Below, piece by piece: positions 26,931 to 35,047 of a stretch of 64,000 nt of DNA (within the stretch, counting starts at the first letter, position 1; every line of letters begins with the position of its first letter). Both the position numbers and the translations under genes were made by a program. The notes under the pieces were generated by a model. The model searched no databases. It saw nothing but the letters and a program-made list of their open reading frames with translations, and was not told where the DNA came from. The stretch covers positions 40,244-104,243 of the forward strand of contig JAAYJE010000038.1 in the NCBI GenBank assembly GCA_012523095.1. The letters are read 5' to 3'. The DNA comes from Actinomycetota bacterium (lineage in GTDB: Bacteria > Actinomycetota > Thermoleophilia > RBG-16-64-13).

Positions 26931-27890
26931 CTATATCTTCTCGTAGATGAGGTCTTTGACGTCCTCGAAGACCTTGATGAGTGCGGCGTCGCGTTCTCGT
27001 AGCACCTGCTCCAGGGGACGATCGGTGTAGTCGAAGAAACCCTTGCCCGTCTTCACGCCCAGGTCGCCCGCCTCCATGAGTTCTTTCAGACTCTTGGGCT
27101 GATTGTCGATGGGCGCCTCTACGAAGTCAGGGTTCTGTAGGTTCCCATAGCTGAGGTCGATGCCCGTGAAGTCGTATCGCTGGACGAATCCAAGCACCAT
27201 AGCCCGAGGAATGATGCTGGCCTTGACGGCGAGATCGAGTTGCTCGGCGGTCATGTACCCGTTGTCGAGGAGGAAGAAGATCTCTCGTCCTATGATGCGC
27301 AGAAAGCGGTTGATGCAGAATCCGGGAACGAACTTCTCGAGCACCGTGGGGACCCTCTCCACCTTCTTCAGGAATCCCACCACGAAATCGACAGTGGTCT
27401 GCGCCGTCTCCGGCCCCTTGACCACTTCGACGAGCGGCACTATGTGCGGAGGGGCGAACCAGTGGGCTATCAAGGTCCGGGGCAGACGCTTGACCGGCAT
27501 GATCTCGTAGATGTTGAGGTAGGAGGTATTGCTGGTGATTATGGTCCGCTCGGGACAGACGGCGTCGAGAGCCTCGTAGAGCTCCTTCTTCGCGTCCATA
27601 TTCTCGGCGATGGTCTCTATGACGAAATCGGCGTTCTCGCCCGCCTCTTCCACCGATTGGGTCGTCCTGACGCGGGCCAACACCCTCGGCACCGCGCTCT
27701 CAGCAAGGAGCTCGTTCTCGACGAAGGTCGCGAGATTTGCCTGGGCCACCCTCATCGCCTTGTCGAGAGTCTCAGCCTTGCGCGAATACATCGTCACGTC
27801 GTATCCAGCGGTGGCGAACACCTGAGCAAGGCCGGGACCCATAGTGCCGGCTCCAAAGATGGCAACTTCCTTCACGTCAGCCAGTTCCAC
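26931..27890 (-). CDS. 3-hydroxyacyl-CoA dehydrogenase family protein (HBD-like); candidate 3-hydroxy-5-oxohexanoate dehydrogenase type
   Basis: VKEVAIFGAGTMGPGLAQVFATAGYDV Rossmann start and HCDH C-domain. About 50 % identical by eye to 575-1516. GTG start with GGAGG RBS. Its stop overlaps the BKACE RBS. Confidence 0.75.
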   Translation of the reverse strand: MELADVKEVAIFGAGTMGPGLAQVFATAGYDVTMYSRKAETLDKAMRVAQANLATFVENELLAESAVPRVLARVRTTQSVEEAGENADFVIETIAENMDAKKELYEALDAVCPERTIITSNTSYLNIYEIMPVKRLPRTLIAHWFAPPHIVPLVEVVKGPETAQTTVDFVVGFLKKVERVPTVLEKFVPGFCINRFLRIIGREIFFLLDNGYMTAEQLDLAVKASIIPRAMVLGFVQRYDFTGIDLSYGNLQNPDFVEAPIDNQPKSLKELMEAGDLGVKTGKGFFDYTDRPLEQVLRERDAALIKVFEDVKDLIYEKI

Positions 27891-28094
27891 GCGAGTCCTC
27901 CCTGCCCTCGTCCTTCTCCAAGCTAAGTATGATCGGTCCTGGTATCAGTATACCGCGATACATAGATGAAATATCGAGTTTGGGAGATATGAGCGGCATC
28001 TCAGCCGTCTCTGGAGATCCCGCCGGCCCGGGGCATGCGGGCGTGGGTCCGTTGAAGACGCCGCCCATCTTGAAAATCGACCAGCCCTAGTCTA

Positions 28095-28133
28095 CGATAT
28101 CGCTGATATTACTCAATAATATCGCGATATCGT
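28095..28133. promoter_or_regulatory. 39-bp conserved operator-like motif, copy B, in the divergent promoter region between the phloroglucinol-type operon and the third molybdoenzyme operon
   Basis: acgatatcgctgatattactcaataatatcgcgatatcg is the reverse complement partner of 16454-16492. It contains the inverted repeat CGATATCGC...GCGATATCG. Confidence 0.45.
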
Positions 28134-28269
28134 AACTGTCTTTGTTTAGGCCTTTGCCGGTGTCGGCGATCTCAAGCTGGAGAAACGACGTCCGCACCGG
28201 CGACAATGAAAGGGGTGCCCTGATGGCAGCATCGAAGGCTTCTTGGCACAGCGAAGGGAGAACCGCATC

Positions 28270-29037
28270 ATGAGATGGGGGATGGTCATCAACCTCGCGA
28301 AGTGCACCCGGTGCCACGCATGCGTCGCCGCCTGCAGAATAGAGCATTTCCTGCCGCTCAGGATCACCTGGCCCAGACTGATCGCACTGGAGGTGGACGA
28401 CGGCGTCACGGTGGACGTCTCGACCTACCCGGTGCGCTGCAACCAGTGCCAAGAGGCGCCCTGCGTGGAGGTCTGCCCGACTGAGGCTTCATATAAGAGA
28501 GAGGACGGGATCGTCGCCATCGACTCCGACAAGTGCTTCGGATGCCGGTACTGCGTCATCGCGTGCCCTTATCAGAACCGCACGTATCTTTCCAGGAGAA
28601 GGAACGTCAACTACTTCCCCGAGCACGCCAAGACGAGCTTCGAGAAGAAGGGCAAGAAGCTCTATCCACACGTGGTGGGAACCACCGAGAAGTGCAACTT
28701 CTGTATGGAGCGTATCGACGCAGGCATGGCGAAGGGTCTGAGGCCGGGCATCGACCGCGAAGCAACCCCAGCCTGCGTGAACATCTGCCAGGCCAGGGCT
28801 CTGACTTTCGGCGATTTGGACGACCCTAACAGCAACGTTTCCGAACTGATCCGCGAGAAGAACGGGTTTGTGCTTCACGCTGAGTACGGCACGGAGCCTT
28901 CCGTCTATTACATCGATTACAAGATCGGTAGAGCTCCCTCGAACAAGGCTCCCATCGAGGCTCAGACGGGCAGCCACATACAGCACCTGAGCACTGTCTA
29001 CGGCCCGTCCAAAGAAAAACTCGCCAAGAAGTACTAG
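28270..29037 (+). CDS. 4Fe-4S ferredoxin-type electron-transfer (beta) subunit of a DMSO-reductase-family oxidoreductase (PsrB/TtrB/DmsB-like); no Tat signal
   Basis: Four Cys clusters: CTRCHACVAAC, CNQCQEAPCVEVCP, CFGCRYCVIACP, CNFC...C. ATG at 28270 with AAGGGAG RBS; the track start at 28243 is rejected. Confidence 0.8.
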   Translation: MRWGMVINLAKCTRCHACVAACRIEHFLPLRITWPRLIALEVDDGVTVDVSTYPVRCNQCQEAPCVEVCPTEASYKREDGIVAIDSDKCFGCRYCVIACPYQNRTYLSRRRNVNYFPEHAKTSFEKKGKKLYPHVVGTTEKCNFCMERIDAGMAKGLRPGIDREATPACVNICQARALTFGDLDDPNSNVSELIREKNGFVLHAEYGTEPSVYYIDYKIGRAPSNKAPIEAQTGSHIQHLSTVYGPSKEKLAKKY

Positions 29038-29055
29038 ACAGGGAGCGAAGAGAGC

Positions 29056-30012
29056 ATGAACGCAAGAACCTCACGTCAATGGATGGTCACCCACGAGTGG
29101 ATGGTCAAACCCATGGGCCAGGTCGAGTGGATCCAAGGGAAGGGTCTCCTGGTGTGGCTGGCGGAGGTCTTCTCCGCCCTAGGAACCGGTCTATACCTGG
29201 TGGCGCTCTTCTTTACCCAGTCGCATCCGCTCACCGCCTTCTGGGCCGGGCTCTTCGGCTGGATAGGGATCGCCATCTTCAAATTACCCTTACACTTCCT
29301 CTACCTCGGGAAGCCCTGGCGCTTCTGGAGAGCTTTTCCGCCGGTAAGTGGCGCATGGAGGACCTCGTGGTTCGCACGGGGCATCGTCTTCACAATGATC
29401 TTTTTGGCCTGCGGCGCCGTGCAATTGATAATGATCGGGCTGATGGGCTACGGCAAAGGTAACGTCAGCATAGAGGTGATCAACTGGATCTTCATGGTCT
29501 TGGCCGGCCTCACCGGCGTGGTCACCGCCATCTACTGCGGTTTCGCGATGAGTTACTGCAAGAGCGTGCCATTCTGGAACACCGGCCTGCTGCCGTTCGT
29601 GTTCCTTATCATGGGCGTCGCCGACGGTCTGGCACTGATCATGGGTGTCGCCCTCGGCACCGGCGAACAGCTCATCGCCACTGCGGAAGCGGCCACACGC
29701 ATCTTGCTCATCGTCAACGCGCTGCTGATCATCATGTACCTGGTGAATGCGAACTACCAGTCGAGCACGGCTGAGCTGTCGGCGCGAGAACTCGTGCGTG
29801 GACACATGGCCTGGGTCTTCTGGCTGGGGATCGTGGTGTTCGGCATCGTCATCCCCTTCGTGATCGCCGTGATCGGAGCCGCTACTCATGTGCCGACCGG
29901 GTTGCTGATCTTTGCCGTTGTCAGTCACACCATCGGAGCGTTCTCGCTGAAGTACGGCGTGCTCAAGGTAGGCATCTACAGGCCACTTCTTCCCAAGGCG
30001 CAGGCCTACTAG
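29056..30012 (+). CDS. NrfD/PsrC-type polytopic membrane anchor subunit
   Basis: 318 aa with eight or more hydrophobic helices. The position between the FeS and catalytic subunits matches Ttr/Srd-type B-C-A operons. Confidence 0.7.
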   Translation: MNARTSRQWMVTHEWMVKPMGQVEWIQGKGLLVWLAEVFSALGTGLYLVALFFTQSHPLTAFWAGLFGWIGIAIFKLPLHFLYLGKPWRFWRAFPPVSGAWRTSWFARGIVFTMIFLACGAVQLIMIGLMGYGKGNVSIEVINWIFMVLAGLTGVVTAIYCGFAMSYCKSVPFWNTGLLPFVFLIMGVADGLALIMGVALGTGEQLIATAEAATRILLIVNALLIIMYLVNANYQSSTAELSARELVRGHMAWVFWLGIVVFGIVIPFVIAVIGAATHVPTGLLIFAVVSHTIGAFSLKYGVLKVGIYRPLLPKAQAY

Positions 30013-30041
30013 GGCGCCCGGGTTAGGTTGAGGAGACACTG

Positions 30042-32282
30042 ATGGCAAGAGAAGTCATATATTCAACGTGTAAGAGCTGCCACGGCGGCTGCGGCGTCAA
30101 AGTCACCAAGGAAGACGGGGTCGTCATCCACATCGAGGGCAACCCCGACTCTCTAACTGCGGGCACCATGTGCTCGAAAGGTCTCTCGAGCATCCAGCAT
30201 ATCGATAACCCTTACCGCCTCAAGTACCCCATGAAACAGGTGGGCAAGAAGGGTCACGGCAAGTGGAAGAGGATCTCCTGGGACGAGGCGCTGGACACCA
30301 TCGCCGAGAAGATGAAGGAGGCGATCAAGGATCCGGGGCCTCACAGCATCGCCATCTCCCAAGGCACGGGGCGCGGTTACAACCGCTACACTATGCGCAT
30401 GGCGCGCTCCCTGGGCACCGGAAACGCGATCACGCCCGGTTATGTATGCCACAGCCCCCGCCTGGGCCTTTACGCCCTCGTGACCGGCTATGGCCGCCTC
30501 TACTGCGACTACCACGGCTGGGGCGGCGAGTTCCCCAAGACCCAGATCATGTGGGCGAAGCAGCTGGAGATATCGAGCGCCGACTCCGAGATGTGCTACT
30601 GGTACATGAACTCCCTCGACTACGTCAAGAACCTCATCATCATCGACCCGCGGGCCAGCGCCTACGCCACCCGCGCAGGTCTCTGGATCCAACCCCGGCC
30701 GGGCACCGACTGCGCTCTGGCCCTGGGCATGGGCCACGTCATCATCGAGGAAGAGTTGTGGGACAAGGACTTCGTTGAGAACTGGACCTTCGGCTTCGAC
30801 GACTACCGAGAATGCGTCAAGGAGTGGACGCCGGAGAAGGTCTCCGACGTCTGCTGGATACCCAAGGAACAGGTCATCGAGGCCGCCCGCATGTGGGCGA
30901 TCGACACGCCCGGCTGCATCCAGGTGGGTAGCTCGCTCGAGCGACAGGCCAACTGCGGTTACACGATCAGAGCAATCACCTGTCTCATGGGACTGGCCGG
31001 CAACATCGAACGGCCGGGTAGCATGATCAGCTGGGTACTGCCGGACACCGGCCTCATCGAAGACTTCAACCTCGAGCTCCCCATCACCGATGAGATGAAG
31101 GCCAAGATCATCGGCGGCGACCGGTTCAAGATGGGCGCAACCCGTACCTGCAACCCCGACACCATGGTCAAGGCCATCAACTCCGGCAATGCCCCCATCC
31201 GAGTCTGGTTCAGCGTGGGCGGGCAGCAGATCTTGCACATGGCCAACACCAAGGAAGTCGTGGAGGCCATCGAGAAGGTCGAATTCATGGCTCACGCCGA
31301 TCAGTTCATGGGTCCCATGGCCGAAGCCGCAGACATAGTGCTGCCGGCCGCCCACTGGCTGGAGCTGGACGACGTCTACGATATGCACCCCCGTTTCATG
31401 ATCGAAGCCCACAACAAGGTGGTCGACCCGCCGGGCGAGGCCAGATCCGACGCATGGATCTTCAACGAGATAGGTAAGAGGGTCGTGCCCGACAAGTGGT
31501 GGGACAGCGTGGATGACATGCTCGACTACCAGCTCAGACGCGGTGAGTCCAAAGACGGCGGCCCACTCAAGTGGAACGAGTTCGCCGAGAAACTGGTCAG
31601 CGGATGTTGGGGCCCCGACCAGGTGTACTACAAGTACAAGACCGACTTCTGGAAAGAGGGCGGCGGTTTCCCGACTCCGTCGGGCAAGTTCGAGTTCCGA
31701 TCCCAGCACCTGGAATCGCTGGGGTACGATGGGCTGCCGGTTTACAATGAGCCCGGAGAGAGCCCTTACTCGACTCCCGAGCTGTTCAAGGAATACCCTA
31801 TCGTGATGAGTAGCGGATTCCGGCAACCCTGGTACTTCCTCGGGCAGTATCGCAACATCCCCTGGCTCCGGAGTTTCATGGAGTTTCCAACCGCCCAGCT
31901 CCATCCGGAGACCGCTAAGCTGTACGATGTGGAAGACGGCGACATCATCTGGATCGAATCCCCCAGGGGCAGGATCCGACAGAAGCTCCGTTGCTTCCCA
32001 GGCATCAAGAAGGGTGTCCTGATGGCGACGGCCAACTGCTTCTATCCGGAGGAACCACCCGAAGGCTACCACGGCTTGTTCATCTCCAACCCGAACGTAC
32101 TCACCAGCAACGACCACCTCGACCCCATGTACGGGTCACCCGACCTCACCTGCCTGATCTGCAAGGTGTACAAGGCCAAGGATGAGGAACTGACCGAGGA
32201 GGTCTTCCGGAGCGAGGAGTACGGGTTCGTGCCGGAGAGCATCGGAGCGACCGAACCCAAGGTGAAGAAGGACGACGACTAG
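30042..32282 (+). CDS. molybdopterin (bis-MGD) oxidoreductase catalytic subunit with N-terminal [4Fe-4S] Cys motif; no twin-arginine signal
   Basis: N-terminus MAREVIYSTCKSCHGGCGVKV...C (CxxCxxxC...C MopB FeS-0 motif). 746 aa with molybdopterin-binding and C-terminal MopB_CT-like regions. GAGGAG RBS. Confidence 0.85.
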   Translation: MAREVIYSTCKSCHGGCGVKVTKEDGVVIHIEGNPDSLTAGTMCSKGLSSIQHIDNPYRLKYPMKQVGKKGHGKWKRISWDEALDTIAEKMKEAIKDPGPHSIAISQGTGRGYNRYTMRMARSLGTGNAITPGYVCHSPRLGLYALVTGYGRLYCDYHGWGGEFPKTQIMWAKQLEISSADSEMCYWYMNSLDYVKNLIIIDPRASAYATRAGLWIQPRPGTDCALALGMGHVIIEEELWDKDFVENWTFGFDDYRECVKEWTPEKVSDVCWIPKEQVIEAARMWAIDTPGCIQVGSSLERQANCGYTIRAITCLMGLAGNIERPGSMISWVLPDTGLIEDFNLELPITDEMKAKIIGGDRFKMGATRTCNPDTMVKAINSGNAPIRVWFSVGGQQILHMANTKEVVEAIEKVEFMAHADQFMGPMAEAADIVLPAAHWLELDDVYDMHPRFMIEAHNKVVDPPGEARSDAWIFNEIGKRVVPDKWWDSVDDMLDYQLRRGESKDGGPLKWNEFAEKLVSGCWGPDQVYYKYKTDFWKEGGGFPTPSGKFEFRSQHLESLGYDGLPVYNEPGESPYSTPELFKEYPIVMSSGFRQPWYFLGQYRNIPWLRSFMEFPTAQLHPETAKLYDVEDGDIIWIESPRGRIRQKLRCFPGIKKGVLMATANCFYPEEPPEGYHGLFISNPNVLTSNDHLDPMYGSPDLTCLICKVYKAKDEELTEEVFRSEEYGFVPESIGATEPKVKKDDD

Positions 32283-32375
32283 ACCCAGAGGCGCCTCGGC
32301 ACAACAGCCGAGGCGCCTCTGGGTGAACGAAGCCCCCGGCCGGCATCCGCCGACCGGGGGCTTTCTCTTTCTCTC
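32283..32375. terminator. Two tandem GC-rich hairpins (putative intrinsic terminators) between convergent genes
   Basis: cccagaggcgcctcgg-cacaaca-gccgaggcgcctctggg (32283-32322), then gcccccggccgg-catccg-ccgaccgggggc followed by ctttctctttctc. Confidence 0.5.
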
Positions 32376-32432
32376 CTTCTCTCCGTAAGACCTAGGAAGC
32401 CCTGGCGTGTACGGCGCACCCGGACCCGGCCG

Positions 32433-32738
32433 CTACTTCCTACCGTACTCCGTTGCGAAGAACATATCGTGGAACAGGATAGGCTTCGAGGGGTCGTTGA
32501 TCTTCTTGAAGTTGAGCGGGCAATGGTAAAGACCGGCAGGCACCGAGACGAACGTGGCTTGGGTGAACGTGAACTTCTCCATATGGTCTGCATCTTCCCC
32601 CAGCCAAAGCTCCACTTCGCCGCCCAGATCCATCATATTGGTGATGTCCCCCCCCACCAGCAGGATGAACTGATCGAAGTCGTGGGCGTGGCTTTCGGAG
32701 ATCATCTCAAAGGGCTCCGAGATGGGCCACCAGGTCAT
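32433..32738 (-). CDS. small cupin-fold protein of unknown function
   Basis: ~100 aa with His/Glu-rich beta-barrel-like pattern (..SHAHDFDQFILLVGGD...GEVELWLGED...VPAGLYHCP..). ATG at 32738 preferred over the TTG track start at 32786. Weak call. Confidence 0.4.
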   Translation of the reverse strand: MTWWPISEPFEMISESHAHDFDQFILLVGGDITNMMDLGGEVELWLGEDADHMEKFTFTQATFVSVPAGLYHCPLNFKKINDPSKPILFHDMFFATEYGRK

Positions 32739-32968
32739 ACGCACGTTCTTGTCCTCGGGGCCCCATCCATCGACACCGCTTCGCAAGGCCAGTCGAGGGC
32801 CGCTTACCTCAGGATGAGGGTTCTCACCGGCCTATCACCAGGCCGAAACGCTGTCAATAACCTGTGCGTCAGTGGGATTCCCCCGTCTGCCGACGCGTCG
32901 CAGCGCCGTGCGATGAGCCCTCGTCATCGCAAACGTCGATGCCGGCGTGATCGGGCCGGATGCTCACG

Positions 32969-34429
32969 CTACGCTTCTGTCTGGCGGCGTGCCTCATCAG
33001 GTGTGACGGGTGGTTTCGACGCCGTGCTGCGGTTGCACCTCTCGGCGGTCCATCCCGTCTCGCGGAGAAAAGCCGCCAGCACCGTCCCCACGAGAAACAC
33101 GCCGGCGGCCAGCAGGTAGGAGTACTTGAGCGAGCCGAAAGCATCGGCCATCAGACCGGCCGCGTACGGTCCGAGAACTTGCCCCACCCCTATGAAGATC
33201 GTGACGAAACCCAGAGAGGCGGAGGCTAGAACGGGACCGAACTGGTCGCCGCAGCCGGCTCCGACAATGCCGGGCACCGCGACTGCGGTGAGCCCACAAA
33301 GAACGGCCGAGATCATAAGTCCCGGCGTGGTCGGACACCAGGCGAAGAGGGCCGCCGAGACGGCCTGGAGCAGGCAACTGATGCCGATGGCCCGCCCTCG
33401 TCCGATGCGGTCGGAGATGCTGCCCCAGATGAAGCCGGCGGCGATGCTCATCACCCCCAGGGCAAGGAAGAACCTGCCCGCGGACTGAGCACTGAGGCCC
33501 AAGTCGACGGTAAGACGCCTTTGGAAGAACGTGAAGTAGATCATGTAGGCAAAGCCGAACATGAAGTAAACGAAGCCCATATGCCAGGCGTAGCGGGAGC
33601 GGTAGACTTTCCGCAGGTCAAACGGGATCGGCGCAGTCCGCGGCGCGGGCGCGGGCGCCGGCGACCAGCTCGCCAGCGTAGCCGCCAGGGCCACCTCGTT
33701 GCCCTTACCGGCCTCGCCTTTGGCCGTCTCGGCCTCCCAGATCGATCCCTTCATGACAGGAGTATGCGCCGAGCGGTCCGGACGATTACGCTGGATGATG
33801 AACGTCAGAACCCCCACGGCTAGAGTCAAGGCAGCGAAGAAGTACCAGGCAAGACGCCACCCCTCGGCTCCGCCGCCCTCTATGATGCGCGGAACGACAG
33901 GCCCCGTGATCACCAAGGCAAGTGACGAACCTGATGAGACCACACCCGAGGCCATGCCCCGCCGGCGGATATCGAACCATGCCGACATCAGCGCCACCGA
34001 GGGCACCAGCACCATGCCGCTGCCCACCCCGGTAAGGAGACGGGCCGCGGAAGCCGCCACCACGCCATTGGAGAGCCCTGTGGCCGCCATCCCCAGGGCC
34101 GCCACCACCGAACCCACCCCTACAACTATGCGGGGGCCGAACCTGGAAGCCAGGATACCCCCGACGGCCGCCATCAGTACGTACCCGCCCAGGTTCCAAG
34201 AAGCGAGCGAACCGGCGGCGGCGCTGCTGATACCCAGATCGTCCTGCATGGCCGGCAGGATGGCGCTGTAGCCGAAGCGACCGAAACCCAGTGCGCCGAA
34301 CACGGCCAAGAAACCCATGGCCAGCACCACCCATCGATACGAAGGGCGTTGGGTGAGCCGCCGCGATCCGGCGCGGGGGCCGCCGGCCGGAGGAGTCACC
34401 TTCGGAGACGAGTCAGCCGCTGTCAACAC
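32969..34429 (-). CDS. MFS transporter (oxalate/formate-antiporter-like subfamily)
   Basis: Twelve predicted helices and an MFS signature region. GTG start 3 nt after the IorB stop; the start is uncertain. Confidence 0.7.
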   Translation of the reverse strand: MLTAADSSPKVTPPAGGPRAGSRRLTQRPSYRWVVLAMGFLAVFGALGFGRFGYSAILPAMQDDLGISSAAAGSLASWNLGGYVLMAAVGGILASRFGPRIVVGVGSVVAALGMAATGLSNGVVAASAARLLTGVGSGMVLVPSVALMSAWFDIRRRGMASGVVSSGSSLALVITGPVVPRIIEGGGAEGWRLAWYFFAALTLAVGVLTFIIQRNRPDRSAHTPVMKGSIWEAETAKGEAGKGNEVALAATLASWSPAPAPAPRTAPIPFDLRKVYRSRYAWHMGFVYFMFGFAYMIYFTFFQRRLTVDLGLSAQSAGRFFLALGVMSIAAGFIWGSISDRIGRGRAIGISCLLQAVSAALFAWCPTTPGLMISAVLCGLTAVAVPGIVGAGCGDQFGPVLASASLGFVTIFIGVGQVLGPYAAGLMADAFGSLKYSYLLAAGVFLVGTVLAAFLRETGWTAERCNRSTASKPPVTPDEARRQTEA

Positions 34430-34432
34430 ACA

Positions 34433-35047
34433 CTACCGGGTAGAGCAATCCGTGTCGGATGTGGAGGCACCGGCGGCGCCCAGCCGGAAGGCTTCGAGGT
34501 TCACTTCGACGGTCTTGGGCGGCACCGCCTTACGGATCACCTCTTCCCAGGTTCCGAGCGCAAAGGGAAGAGTGGACGAGATGGCGCCCAGCATTGCTAC
34601 GTTGGCCGCCTTCACGGTACCCGCCTTGGCGGCCAACTCATTGGCGTTCACACACTTGGTGTTGGGCCAAGCCGCCCTGATGAGGCCGTCCACGTCGTCG
34701 GGATAGGAGGCGAGTCCGGCCGAGACCGGGCTGGGGTTGATGCGCAGGGCGTTATAGACGAGCACACCTCCCGGCTTCAGCCAATGTACATAGCGTAATC
34801 CTTCCAGAGCCTCGAAGGCCATGAGGAGATCAGCCGTACCCTCAGGCACCAACGGCGACCAGACTTTGTCGCCGAAGCGGAAGTGGCTGGTGACGCTACC
34901 ACCGCGCTGGGCCATGCCGTGCACCTCGCTCTGCTTCACATCGTAGCCCTCGCTCATGGCGACGTGGCTCAACACGAAACTGGCGAGGACGACTCCTTGA
35001 CCCCCAACGCCGGTGAGTAGTACGTTCATGGTCGGGCGGGCGGTCAT
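34433..35047 (-). CDS. iorB: indolepyruvate/2-oxoacid:ferredoxin oxidoreductase subunit beta (IorB-type)
   Basis: NVLLTGVGGQGVVLAS...SEVHGMAQRGGSV...GTADLLMAFE pattern. ATGA overlap with the IorA stop. Confidence 0.8.
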   Translation of the reverse strand: MTARPTMNVLLTGVGGQGVVLASFVLSHVAMSEGYDVKQSEVHGMAQRGGSVTSHFRFGDKVWSPLVPEGTADLLMAFEALEGLRYVHWLKPGGVLVYNALRINPSPVSAGLASYPDDVDGLIRAAWPNTKCVNANELAAKAGTVKAANVAMLGAISSTLPFALGTWEEVIRKAVPPKTVEVNLEAFRLGAAGASTSDTDCSTR

